Below, one piece after another: positions 50,768-64,000 of a stretch of DNA of 64,000 nt. The DNA is from Octopus sinensis (lineage: Eukaryota): contig NC_043000.1 of NCBI RefSeq assembly GCF_006345805.1, forward strand, positions 142,600,001 to 142,664,000, given 5' to 3'. Both the position numbers and the translations under genes were made by a program. A model generated the notes under the pieces. That model ran no database searches. It was given only the letters and a program-made list of their open reading frames with translations, and was not told the DNA's origin. Numbering within the stretch: position 1 is the stretch's first letter; every line of letters starts with the position of its first letter.

Positions 50768-51846
50768 CTGCCGTCCTGGGTCGACCTTAAGTGACTTCAA
50801 CACAACCAAAGCATTCTATAGGGGTTTAGTGGAGGGGAGGTACGACGACGAGCTCGGGGCGAACCTGGACGTCGACGAGGAGTACCTGACCCGCCTGTTC
50901 GGGACGACTTTCGGGCCAGGGCCCATGGACAACTTCCAGAGATCCCTGGCCTGGCAGTGCTACCGAGAAGCGCTACCCGTTCGGGATAAGCTCTACAGAC
51001 ACGGCTCGAGAAACACGGGGCCGACCTGCCCGAGATGCGGTCAGAGCGACGAAACCGTTCTGCACGCACTCGTTCAGTGTCCAACAATTTCCGACCTGTG
51101 GGCTTATGTCGAACAACTGCTGTCACGTGTTGGACGAGTCGGTTTATCAGCTGAGTCTATCGTCAATATTGTCACGCCTCCTTCCTTCAAACGGGAAGGA
51201 AGAGCTATTTTCATCATCCTTGTGGCTATGGCGAAAGAATGTATCTGGGGGAGGCGGTCTGAAAGGATTGGAGACAAACACTTTCCTCTCTGGTCAATCT
51301 CTCATCAACTTCTTCAAGTACCACTTGAAAAGGAAAGTGAGAGTAGAGAGGCATGTTTTGTCTAGCGAATGTTTTAAAAAAAGATGGGTGAATGTAGCAA
51401 GAATGGCACGTATGAATGACGAAGCCACCTTGAGCATAGTCCTATGAACCCAGAAATCGAAAACAGAGAGTTGCTTATTTGCAAAAAAAAAAAAAAAAAA
51501 AAAAAAGAAATATAAAATGTGACTTCATTGACCGAGGTTACCGTGGTCTTTTCCGTAGGCTTTTCTTTCCACGGGTAAACCTCACCTGTCCTCCCCTTTA
51601 CACTTCATATTGACATTTCTGTGATAACGATCCCTATTGATCAATTTTTTTTTCCTCTCCCCCTTTTTTTTTTTTTTTTTTAACACCCCCTTTCTTTTGT
51701 CCTCTTTCTCTCCTTTTACGATCCCTTTTGATCGAAACTCCCCCTTCCTTTTTTTTTTTTTTTTTTTTTTTAAACCTTCAAAAGAAAAGCTCTACCTTGT
51801 AATTTGTTCTATCTGTGTGCAGCCCTGTGTGGCTAATAAAGAAACA
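50768..51846 (+). mobile_element. 5'-truncated Tx1-clade LINE at the edge of an (ATCT)n array, 14-bp TSD
   Basis: TSD TATCTATTACTCAT (50754-67, 51847-60); ORF2 C-terminus SLAWQCYREALPVRDKL...CPRCGQSDETVLHALVQC; 3'UTR ends AATAAAGAAACA. Confidence 0.92.
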
Positions 51847-52133
51847 TATCTATTACTCATTCACTAGAGCCGAGACAATCATTTTCTAAGACGCACGATA
51901 AAAAAGAAACATCACGCTTTTAGACAGGTATATATATAAATAAGAAGGTAAACCTACTCACACACACATATAGATGTCTTTCACTAAATTCTATTCATTC
52001 GACTTTGGTCAAACCGATAGTTACAAGTGAACTTCTCAAAAACAAAGTTATGCATGTTCCTATTATCCCAGTTAATACTACTTCAATTCGTTTTAAACTT
52101 TTCTCTTTTCATCTATCTATCTATCTATCTATC

Positions 52134-52184
<51 letters not shown>

Positions 52185-52192
52185 ACTATCTA

Positions 52193-52831
52193 TCTGAAAG
52201 GATTGGAGACAAACACTTTCCTCTCTGGTCAATCTCTCATCAACTTCTTCAAGTACCACTTGAAAAGGAAAGTGAGAGTAGAGAGGCAAGTTTTGTCAAG
52301 CGAATGTTTCAAAAAAAGATGGGTGAATGTAGCAAGGATGGCACGTATGAATGACGAAGCCACCTTGAGCATAATTCTATGAACCCAGAAATTGAAAACA
52401 GAGGGTTACCCACTTGCAAACAAATGTGGTAACATATAACAATATTGACCAAGGGTACCGTGGTCTTTTTCGTAGGCTTTTTTTTCCACGGATAAACCTT
52501 ACTTGCTTTCCCCTTTACACCATACATCATGACACTGTGATACACGATCCCTATTGATCGTTTTTTTCCTCTTCCCCTTTTTTCCTCTTTTTTCTTCTCT
52601 TTTCATTTTTCTTTTCTTTTGTTCCTTTTTCCTTTTTTTCTTTTTTCTTTTCCTTTTTTTGTTCTTTTCTTTCCTTTTACGATCCCTTTTGATCGAAAAC
52701 CTACGCCACCTCTTTCATTTTTTTTGTTTCTTTTGTTTTTTGTTTTTTTGTTTTTTTCATCCCCCAAAAGAAAAGCTCTACCTTGTAACTTGTCCCATCT
52801 GTGTGCAGCCCTGTGTGGCCAAAAAAGAAAC
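52193..52831 (+). mobile_element. Second 5'-truncated Tx1-clade LINE, (ATCT)n on both sides
   Basis: ORF2 C-terminus nearly identical to 51259-51447; more diverged 3'UTR. Confidence 0.9.
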
Positions 52832-52887
52832 TTATCTGTCTATGTCTATCTGTCTATGTCTATCTATCTGCTTATCTATCTTTCTGC

Positions 52888-52937
<50 letters not shown>

Positions 52938-53900
52938 CTCTGTCTGTCTGTCTGTCTATCTATATATCTATCTACCCATCCATTCATCCATCTATCCATC
53001 CAACCATCCATCCATCCATCCATCTATCTATCTATCTATGTCTATCTATGTCTATCTATCTGTCTATCTCTCTCTATCTATCTATCTATCTATCAATCTA
53101 TCTATCTGTTTGTCTGTCTCCATCTACAAAGCTTTCAATATATCTATCCATGTATCTATCATTCAGCCTATCAATGTCTCACTTCTGTCTATATGATTTA
53201 TTCATTTTGGGGGTGGGGGTTGTTAGTCCTAATTTCAAGAATTATTGTTACATTTGCTACCAAAGACAGATATCTTTGGAAACATCATCGCAAAATACCG
53301 GGTCAAAAGTTAGCATTTATCAAATTTCGTGAGACTTTATTTTTACTATTATTAATCTTTTCTTTTATGACATTTCAAAACACTGACAATAAATAATTCC
53401 CATCATTATCGATATGCATCTGAAACAGCAACAACAAGAATAATAAATTATTTTTTTATCAATGACAAATCCTTGAAAATGCAAAAACACACAAGAGATA
53501 CAAAACGTACAATGTAACGTTAAAAATTAGGAGACCGGGAATACAATGAAGAATGTGATGAGAACGGAGACGCTATACAAAGACGAACGAAGTGAAAGAT
53601 GTAATATAATATATAAATAAATGAATTAAAAATTTATAAAGCAAGAATTTACGTAGAAATATAAAAGTACGATAAAACATGCAATAAGAGCAAATTATTT
53701 ACATGAGAAAAATTTTAATTAATCAGGGTACCCCAAGTCTCTTATGTAATCTACTGTGGGCTTTCTTATAATCACCTCATAGTATTGATTCATGAAGAGT
53801 TCATGAGTACTGAGCTAGTGAGGACTCATGTCCTCTGCACCATTGAAATAAAATGTTTCGTACAATGTTTCAACTTTAAAATGACATTTTTGTATATCAT

Positions 53901-54494
53901 TATTTCTTTACTGCCCACAAAGGGCTACACACAGAGGGGACAAACAAAGACAGAAAAACGGATTAAGTCGATTATATTGACTCCAGTGCGTAACTGGTAC
54001 TTACTTTATCGACCCCGAAAGGATGAAAGACAAAGTCAACCTCGGCGGAATTTGAACTCAGAACGTAACGGCAGACAAAATACCTATTTCTTTACTACCC
54101 ACAAGGGGCTAAACAGAGAGGACAACCAAGGACAGACAAACGCGTTAAGTCGATTATATCGACCCCAGTGCATAACAGGTACTTAATTTATCGACCCCGA
54201 ACGGATGAAAGACAAAGTCGACCTCGGCAGAATTTGAACTCAGAACGTAACGGCAGACAAAATACCTATTTCTTTACTACCCACAAGGGGCTAAACAGAG
54301 AGGACAACCAAGGACAGACAAACGCGTTAAGTCGATTATATCGACCCCAGTGCATAACAGGTACTTAATTTATCGACCCCGAACGGATGGAAGACAAAGT
54401 CGACCTCGGCAGAATTTGAACTCAGAACGTAACGGCAAACGAAATACGGCTACGGATTTCGCCCGGCGTGCTAACGTTTCTGCCAGCTCGCCGC
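53901..54494 (-). mobile_element. SINE-A tandem array: one head + three body/tail units (182-184-bp period)
   Basis: Units 54267-54494, 54085-54266 and 53901-54084. Confidence 0.92.
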
Positions 54495-55599
54495 TGGCAA
54501 AAAATATATTTTTGTATATTATTCTAATTATAATATGATCCAGTTCCTTGTCTCGATCTGTAGTTGTTTTGGATACTCCTTGTCTGTATTGTATAAGTAT
54601 TTTATTAGAACTTTGTTATGAGAATTTTGCGAGTGGTTGAGAATTTCGTTTCATTCGGGTAAAAGTTTCGCTCAATCTCACGTATAATCAGTTCACATTC
54701 GGATCCGGATTCTTTCTTGGCACAGGCATTTTCCTTCGTAGAAATTCCATATCACTTGGCCTTTTTAGTCCTTCGCTTTTTTCATTTAATCCTTTCAGTT
54801 TTTATTCGCTTAACTCTACGTATCTTCGTTTTATTGACCAAGTTTGATTTTTCCCATCAGCCCTTGCTTCTCACTCGAAAACGTACACAGGCTAATTCTG
54901 CTGTGTAATGGTGTTTCCTTGCTATTTGTACTTGTTGTAGTTGTCTCTCCTTCTCTTCACTAGTTGTGGCTGGGATGATTTGTATCTCAAGACTCAATCC
55001 TGGCAATATCGACGAACAATTTTACTTACTGACACACGATTAGTGGCTCGTGTCATCCTCAGACCAATGACCTCCATGGTTTTGGGGGGACCTTTTCCTT
55101 CTATTCTTTAGGATTTCTATGCTGAAAATTATAAGATGTGTTTTCCTAACACATACAAGCCGGTAAATCGCTCACCCAACCCCAGTGCTGAACTTTTTAA
55201 GATCATTCTCTCGGTACACTCTACGGGACATAGTTTAATTTTTGCTTAGTGGTCATATGTTATAATAACGAATTGTACGTCCATGGACAACCCATTTCTT
55301 CACATATCGTTAAATGTTAAATCAACACTTTCCACTTACCCAATTAGTGTTACGAAGGCGACTATTGGCTGTGAGAGTTTGACATTACCACCGATGTTGC
55401 TAACGATAATCTATCTGTATTTCTTTCTCAGATACTCCGGGTTCTTTTTATGAGTAGGTATTTTTGCGTTCTATTGTATCTTGGGGTTTTTTTGCTACGT
55501 TTTATTTTAGTAAATCAAGAATTTATCGTGTAAGGCATAATTCCCATGGACTTGAAATTCAAGATTTTACGGGTCAAGTAAAAAAAACCACATGTTCAA

Positions 55600-55830
55600 A
55601 AACGCTCTCTTCTTTCCCAACTTCTCATTGTGTGACATCTGGCACTTCTCCAAACTGGAAACGGCGTTGAATTTTAAGTGATTTGAGTTGCGTGAGAAAA
55701 TTATGAGGAAAGCGACGGCGGCACTCCTTGGCATTTCATAGAAAGCGTTCCAGACGTGTTACCAGCAGTTGTAGCAACTCTGGGGAGAGTGTGTGTGCTC
55801 CCCAGGGGGTATTTTCAAGGTGATTGAATA
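55600..55830 (+). pseudogene. Mariner transposase C-terminal relic
   Basis: CDIWHFSKLETAL...GESVCAPQGYFQGD. Confidence 0.55.
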
Positions 55831-55922
55831 AAATTTGTGAAATGTGCAAATTTTTTAATGCCTAAAATTCGAATGCCTTTTCAACGCAACTGGTATATGC
55901 ATATATACTTACACATACGTAT

Positions 55923-55954
<32 letters not shown>

Positions 55955-55972
55955 GCACACACACACACACAT

Positions 55973-56007
<35 letters not shown>

Positions 56008-56478
56008 ATATATGTACATGTATGTTTGTATATATTGTCTTTTAAGATATATATTATTACATAAGTAGTTTTGAATTTCATGATGTTGAAATGTAGCGTG
56101 AAATCGAACTATTGAAACGGATCTAAACCGTATCTTTCCTTGGCTCTGAAAATTTGATCCTTTTTTCCGAAGAAATTATGGTTCAAATTACCATGAATTG
56201 ATGTCCAATATAAGTGGTCACAAGATCAAAGATTCATATGAATCTATGAATGATAATCCTGCCAAAAGTTGTGTCAAAGCTGTTTCAAGCCAACGATTGT
56301 ATCATGTAGTAGCATTGATAACAATTGCGTTATATCTATGTGTTAGATCAAGCGACAATACTGGTGATAATTACGCCAAACGTTAAGGCTCCGTTGATTT
56401 AGCGAATGTGTCATGTGATATTATGAACAATAATATGTCAGAATCGGTAAAAATGAAATAAATAACTTGCTTCTTTAT

Positions 56479-56859
56479 GGAAGCACTCCGTCGGTTACGA
56501 CGATGAGGGTCCGGTTGATCCGATCAACGGAACAGCCTGCTCGTGAAATTAACGTGTAAGTGGCTGAGCATTCCACAGACACGTGTACCCTTAACGTAGT
56601 TCTCGGGGATATTCAGCGTGACACAGAGAGTGACAAGGCCGGCCCTTTGAAATACAGGTACAACAGAAACAGGAAGTAAGAGTGAGAGAAAGTTGTGGTG
56701 AAAGAGTACAGCAGGGATCACCACCATCCCTGCCGGAGCCTCATGGAGCTTTAGGTGTTTTCGCTCAATAAACACTCACAACGCCCGGTCTGGGAATTGA
56801 AACCGCGATCCTACGACCGCGAGTCCGCTACCCTCACCACTGGGCCATTGCGCCTCCAC
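56479..56859 (-). mobile_element. SINE-C (tRNA-derived head GGAGGCGCAATGGCCCAGTGG...GGTTTCAATTCCC), 10-bp TSD
   Basis: A/B-box-like head; TSD GCTTCTTTAT at 56469-78 and 56860-69. Confidence 0.85.
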
Positions 56860-57946
56860 GCTTCTTTATATATGACTATGCGCGAGAATGATTGCTCGTT
56901 TATACGTGATTGTGTATGAAAATGCTTCTGTTTAAAATAATGTTTAGTTTATTCAATCGTGGTTTAGTTTATTCAATCGTGGTTTATATATTTTTTGCTA
57001 AACATATTTTCTTTCTTTGCCCGTATATCCTCTGCGGCTTTGTTGGAGATAGGATCAGAAAGACGACAAATATTTTTGATTTGTTTATCGCGTATAAGTT
57101 TAAATGTTCATTAATCGTACTAAACTACGATTTGAACGGCAACTGCATCATCGTTATTAACTATACAGCTTCTCCCCCTTTATTTAGTTTTAGAGATTGT
57201 TTTAGAATAATAGATATATGCTTCCATTAATTATGTAACTTCCGGCTTAATAATCACCTGAATTTGCTTCGAATTATTTTTGTTGATGTATTAACTTTGT
57301 TGTTGATTGTCTTCGTATGAGCAATGTTGTTCATGACAATGAGTTCGTTTTTAGCATTTAAAAAGCTTCTCGGGTACGTGCAGGTGTTTCTTATGCAATA
57401 ATTAAGTATGCTACTACAGTGAGTCAGTGCACTTGTATCTTACCTGTATATACTATTCTTACATTCCACAGAGTTTGAAACTCTCATTATATCATTAGCA
57501 ATCAAATAGTAGATTTTATATGTTCTTCATTGTTAAAAATTTAATCAAAATCGGATTTGTTATCGTCGACATTATCATCATCGTCATCATCATCATCAAC
57601 GTCATCGATATAATCATAATTTTCTCCATCGTATTTGCACCCATCATCATTTTCTGCAATTTTCCATTTTATATTTATGTTGTTCATTTCAATGCCCGAT
57701 TTTGTAAATTAATACATATAGTAGGCTTAACAGTGGTTTCGGATCAGTCCCGCTGTGTGGCAGCTAAGGCATGTGTCTCCTGTTATAGCGCCAGAATTTG
57801 AGAGAGAAATTTCGCTGACGGAAACTGTGAGAAAGACACTCGTGTGTACAGACGCACATACAAAATAAGATGTGCGTGTCTCTCTGTTTGTGTTTCTCCC
57901 TCCACCACTTGGTATATGGTAATGATATGTTTACATCTCAGTAACA

Positions 57947-58132
57947 GCGAGCAGACAGAATCTTTAGCACACCGGGCAAAATGTTTGGCGGTATTTAGTC
58001 AGAACTTACGTTCTGAGTTCAAATTCCGTAGATGTCTTTGCCTTTCAATCTTTCGGTGTTGATATGCACTGGGGTCGATGTAATCGACTACATCCCACCC
58101 CCAAATTCCAAGGCTTGTGCCTATAGTAGAAA
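57947..58132 (+). mobile_element. Diverged SINE-A (ordinary tail)
   Basis: TACGTTCTGAGTTCAAATTCC...GGCTTGTGCCTATAGTAGAAA. Confidence 0.75.
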
Positions 58133-58339
58133 TTATTATTACTATTATTATTATTATAATTATTATTCTTATTAGTATTATAATTATTATTATTATTATT
58201 ATTATTGTTGATTTGAGAGAGCAAATCTATATGTATGACACTGGGGTAAAATATACGGAGCATCGTATGCCCATAAAGACTACTACTCTGATAATAGTAC
58301 AACACGCACATTCATCACAACCATATCTGCGCGACATCA

Positions 58340-58383
<44 letters not shown>

Positions 58384-58539
58384 TGAATCCTTGAATTTTT
58401 TAATTTCTGAATTTGCTTTTTGTTCCTTCTCTTTTTATAAGTTTTGCTGTGGTTTGCAGGTTTTGTAATTTTGCCGTGTTTATATATTGGCAGATGCTTA
58501 CCTCCTTACTTTTTATTGTGCATTTAATTGTGTCGTTGC

Positions 58540-58965
58540 AATAAAAGGCATATATACATATTCGGGTAGTCAGGGAGAAAGAAAGATAAAATTTTCAAGC
58601 GAATTTTAGATTTTAAAGTTTTTAAGTTTTCTAGAGATGTTCGTTTGTATGTCCAATGAGAGAGGTAGTAGTGTTTTTGCAATAAAAAGTATGTTTATAT
58701 TTTCGAATATTAAGGAAGAAAGGAAAGAAAAGAAAAAGAGAGTAAAATTTTAACAGAAAGTTGTAGATATCAAATTTTTAAGATTTACTAAAGATGGTAT
58801 TTTGTATGCCCGCACAGAGAAAGCTGTAGTGTTCTTAGAATAAAAAGGATGTTTACATTTTCGAATCCTCAGGGAGAAAGGAAAGGATAGGTATTCATAG
58901 AAGCTGTAGATATTAAAGTTTTTGAAGATGATCGTTTGTGTGTTCGAAAACTGTAGATATGTAAG
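58540..58965. repeat. Ancient degenerate tandem repeat, ~140-160-bp period, about 3 copies
   Basis: Units start AATAAAA(A)G at 58540, 58681 and 58839 and share TTCG...AGG(G/A)AGAAAG, TAGAT.T.AA and GATG...TTTGT.TG blocks. Confidence 0.6.
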
Positions 58966-59444
58966 TCTCTTAACTTATTTTGAGGGAAATTTAAAATACT
59001 CACAGGGAATTGTAGATATCCCAGTATGTGAGAGCTATTATTATTATTATTATTATTTAAAGATACTTACGGACAGTTTCAGAGCATCTGGTCCGGGGAG
59101 GAGAATGGAAGCAAAAATGTACTAGGTTTTGTAGTGTACCCGAAGTATGTACGGTTTCCCACAACCTAGAAGGAAGTTTGATGCGACACTTTTCTTTGCT
59201 AGTTTGTAAAAAATATTTTATGACAGGGACCAGCAAATTTTCATTTAAATATCATGTGTGTATTTGTGTGTGTGTGTGTGTGTGTGCGTGTTTGTAAGTT
59301 TGTAAGTGCGTGTGTATAAATATTATCTATATAAACTGTGGACATAAATACATGTTTATATATATTTCTAGTCTGATAATAGTACACCAGGCACATTCAT
59401 TTCATCACAATAATACACATACATATGTGTGTATGTGTATTATC

Positions 59445-59721
<277 letters not shown>

Positions 59722-60320
59722 TACGCACACGGACTCACATGCTTACATGAATATATGTATGTACATATGTAAAACTACTGATAAGAAACGTGCGCAATCG
59801 AATAGAGAAAAATAGAGATATTAATGTATTCAAATGTCACATACAATGTTAGTCACGTTAATTCCAAATTCGAAAGACACAAGAAAAGTCTTTTAAGTTC
59901 CAGTGATCTGAACAAATCAGTAACATTTGGCATCTATTCCATTTTCTCCGATTTCTCATTTATTTTCTTTCCTTTGGATGAAAAGCATAATCCGAAACGC
60001 TGGCTCCTATTTTATAACTTCCATCGGCTTTTTTATTTGCATTGTATACGCTTTTTCTTTGCTTTTGTTTCGTTTCATATTCCACACGTGCTCCATATTG
60101 ATTATTTGTCTGTCTCTTCTACCCTCCATATGCTTCCTATTGTACTTTTGTGATTTTTCTCCTGTCTGCTTATGTATGTATGAATAAATGACTGTATGTA
60201 TGTTTGTTTGTTTGTATGTGTGTGTATGTAAATGTATGTATCTGTCTATTTATCTATCTATCTGTCTAGTGATCTATCTATCAATCTATCTATCTATCTA
60301 TCTATCTCTCTCTCTCTCTC

Positions 60321-60389
<69 letters not shown>

Positions 60390-60962
60390 ATATATACATA
60401 TATATGCGTGTGTGAGAGAGAGAAAGAAATAGATATTTACAAATCCATTTCATACTGTATGTGTCCTTGAGGCAGATGAATAAACTGTTATGATTATTGA
60501 TCATAAAAGGAATTGACAAAGATAAAATTAAAGTTGAACAACACTACTAAAAGGGATTATTTAATTTATTCGCGCTAAATTATATTACACCCGAACAGTA
60601 ACTGATCTAATGGATTATATTTTATTTATAGCTTTGAGTGGAACGGCATTATAAAATTTACACCATTTAGGCAATTCTTAAAACTTGACATGGGTGTGTG
60701 CGTGTGTGTATTGTGTGTGTGTGGGTGTGCGCACTTATAAATAGACGCAAATATTTAGATACATATATGTGCATATATTTATAGTATTTATAATTTTATA
60801 TAATTACATTAATTCGTACATACGTACATATAATAACTGTTCATTCATTAAACGGATGCATAGAAATATATGAATATATGTGTAAGTATGTATGTGTATG
60901 TGTGTATGTATTCTTTCATTTTTAAATACTTGAAATATGTGTGGTGTGTATATATATATATG

Positions 60963-61186
60963 TATTTCTTTACTACCCACAAGGGGCTAAACACAGAGGG
61001 AACAAACAAGGACAGACAAACGGATTACGTCGACCCCAGTGCGTAACTGGTACTTAATTTATCGACCCCGAAAGGATGAAGGGCAAAGTCGACCTCGGCG
61101 GAATTTGAACTCGGAACGTAACGGCAGACGAAATACAGCTACGCATTTCGCCCAGCGTGCTAAAGTTTCTGCCAGCTCGCCGTCTT
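60963..61186 (-). mobile_element. SINE-A monomer with Tx1-like tail
   Basis: Head at 61186; tail ends AAAGAAATA at 60963, followed by non-SINE (TA)n. Confidence 0.88.
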
Positions 61187-61296
61187 AAATATATATAAAA
61201 TATGTGTGTGTGTGTATGTGTGTGTGAGAGAGAGAGTGAGAGAGAAAGTATATCTATGTACTTATGCATATATAAATACATTGAGATAGACACAGA

Positions 61297-61348
<52 letters not shown>

Positions 61349-62681
61349 CAGACATATGAACAGACAGACAAATAGACGGACAGACAAACAGATGGACCGA
61401 CAAACAGACAGACAGATATGCATGAGAGAATAAGTGAGCACTCGCGACATTTGGTGTTGGAATTAAATGTGTCTGATGACAGTTTGACAGCAGTGAATAC
61501 GTGTATTGGTATCAATAGACATCATAAAACAGACTAATTTTCCTACCTTGAAATCAGTCTGACACGATACACAAACAATTAGTAAAAGAGTAGAGGAAAA
61601 CTCTAGTCTAAAATTATTCGTATTTATAAGAAATAAAATTAAGCGGCTACCTTAATGCAATTGTTACAAAGAATTCTTAGAAAAGAAGTTATTTCACAGC
61701 AGCATTTTGAATACATTGACGAAAAATGTTATCCTAAGTACAATACATTGTAAATTCTGGTACTATAGAAATTAACTTTGCTTTGAAACAAAGTTAACGA
61801 ACATGGTGTCTAATTTGCATATATTTACTTCCTGTTACTGCAGGTCGCCACTAATCTTGAATATGAATAGTGTAGAGAGGCTATCATCTCCTGATATCTA
61901 TGCTTAAACAGCGTCACGCTTTATAAAATCTAATGTTTTGACAATTAACATCCATAACACTGACGCCATCTTTCAATGTCACACTACATGACTCCACTTG
62001 CCCAAGTCTGTTAACAAGAACTAACATACTCTTTCAAATCAAATATTTAGTCCTAATAATTTCTAGTGACCCTACACAAGACGAGAAGGTCATACACTGT
62101 TTCATACATGAATCTATAAATTTTGCACAAAACCATGAATTGTTTAACGAGGATAATACAATCAATTAACGCAACCCTACATTCCTTTACGTGATAGGAA
62201 TAATAAGCTAAAATTTCTTAAATTCAAATCCGACCTTCCTAGAAATTGTAGGGAGCATTAGATACTGTATCTGAATAAAGGACGAGAGAAGCAGATCACA
62301 TTAACCTCAGCAGATTTTGGACATAAAATGAACTGGAGTATAGCGAAATGCCTCAAAAGATTTAATCATAACACTTTCGTAGGAATACGAGAAAAGAGAG
62401 TTGATTAAGCTAGAATGAGTGAGATTAGATACCCTTTGCCATGCCAGGGGAAAAGCCGTCGTACAGAAAGATGTAAGAGAGAACAAAAAGAAGAAAGGGA
62501 GTAAAATGAATGAATGAATGAAATAAATATATAGGGTAAGAAAGAAGCATTAGTAATAGACCACATAGAAGAAAATCGGGATTTGTCAGAGAGTACTTAC
62601 TTGCCCCAAATCCGAATGAGCGCCTCAAGAAAATATTGTGCTTCTGTATGGATCAACAGCATTGAAATTAATGTTAGTCAT

Positions 62682-63096
62682 ACTCTTTTACTCTTTTCTC
62701 TTTTACTTGTTTCAGTCATTTGACTGCAGCCATGCTGGAGCACCGCCTTTAGTCGAGGAAATTGACCCAATGACTTATTCTTTGTAAGCCCAGTACTTTT
62801 TCTATCGGTCTCTTTTGCCGAACCGCTAAGTGACGGGGACGTAAACACACCAGCATCGGTTGTCAAGCAATGCTAGGGGGACAAACACAGACACACAAAC
62901 ACATACACACACACATATATATATACATATATACGACAGGCTTCTTTCAGTTTCCGTCTACCAAATCCACTCACAAGGCATTGGTCGGCCCGGAGCTATA
63001 GCAGAAGACACTTGCCCAAGGTGCCACGCAGTGGGACTGAACCCGGAACCATGTGGTTGGTAAGCAAGCTACTTACCACACAGCCACTCCTGCGCC
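62682..63096 (-). mobile_element. SINE-B
   Basis: Full-length consensus match. Confidence 0.92.
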
Positions 63097-63279
63097 TGTT
63101 TCAAATCTGTAGAAAATAAGCAAACTTAAAAGTACATTAGGTGATACGACTCCAGCTCGCGAGTGCGAGAGTTTTGGTGAGTATAGGGTTTGCCCTTAAT
63201 CACCAGTACTCCAAAATTTGCTCTGACCCCAGTTATATTACATACCAGAAAATTATCTTGCGGTTAAAGCCAACAAGAT

Positions 63280-63540
63280 TTCGAGAAGAGCTAGCCCACT
63301 GTTGTGCTGACATGCTTTAAAATCGCATGATGGAGTCCCTTTGTTGAAAGAAGAAATACACTCAGCATCTAAAGAGCAATCTTGGGAGAGTGGGTGACTA
63401 GCAATGCCAACTGTAATAAACCGGCAGAAGGCCATTGGAAAACATTTCTCTATGTTGCCCAAGAAGGACTCGTGTGTCTTTGAAACATTGATTTGGAGAC
63501 GCGTGAACGCAGACATCTGTAGTCTCGGTACATGAAGAGA
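63280..63540 (+). pseudogene. Possible decayed RTE-like RT N-terminal relic
   Basis: DGVPLLKEEIHSASKEQSWESG*LAMPTVINRQK loosely resembles PTxEELxKAIxxLxxGKAPGxDxIPxE; weak. Confidence 0.3.
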
Positions 63541-63746
63541 GAGTGGCAACTATTCACGTTGGAAGTATTTGCTCTTATCTACAATAAAATTGTAGTGCCT
63601 TCTAGTTAAGCTTTCATCATTGATACTTAAATTGATATATCTGTGTGACATGTCACTCTACGAATCTTGCGAAAATAATTAAATATGATGAATTAACTCC
63701 ATTTTGAGAAATGTGTGTCGGTGTACAACATTGTCGTATGTTCACT

Positions 63747-63777
<31 letters not shown>

Positions 63778-64000
63778 ATTTTGATGTTCGTGTTTTTAAT
63801 GATATTAATGTCGTTGTACTGACACGTCGGTAAAACAGCATTGATAACATTAAGAACAAATCGAACATCAAAGACACTTACTACTACTGAACGCAAAGCA
63901 GCTGTCGCCATAAGACAACTCATAATCTTTTACGTTTTTCTCTCTTTGTTTTTTGTGTGCGTTTTGTTCTTTTCGTTCAGATATCTGCATAAACTTCAGT

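Noticed and set aside
50478-51365. 295-aa ORF, the longest in the window
   Set aside because: It is an (ATCT)n translation fused to a frameshifted, 5'-truncated Tx1 ORF2 C-terminus, not a gene.

Overview
A 64-kb, AT-rich, repeat-saturated animal genomic segment. The SINE families and the dense (TA)n/(GATA)n/(AAT)n microsatellites look like an octopod cephalopod; this is recognition from memory, not a database result. I cannot support any intact host protein-coding gene, rRNA, genuine tRNA gene or CRISPR array, and most long ORFs in the track are microsatellite artefacts or transposon relics. Contents: about 30 tRNA-headed SINE copies in four families (my labels A-D), several L1/Tx1-clade LINE pieces, mariner/maT relics, CR1 and RTE 3' ends, a Gypsy integrase fragment inside a Helentron-like element, a Merlin-like MITE, and several near-perfect fold-back palindromes. 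The most interesting signals are three retroelement relationships. (1) A tRNA-headed short element carries a minimal, dimer-type hammerhead ribozyme motif and occurs as head-to-head pairs, one with a 12-bp TSD. (2) A Tx1-clade LINE family repeatedly lands in (TATC)n arrays, with one 14-bp TSD and one twin-priming-like 5' inversion. (3) A SINE-A variant has a 3' tail co-terminal with these Tx1 3' ends and is repeatedly joined to other SINE-A copies at the same GGTAT site, building tandem arrays. Family names and clade calls come from motif recognition; coordinates of degraded elements are approximate.
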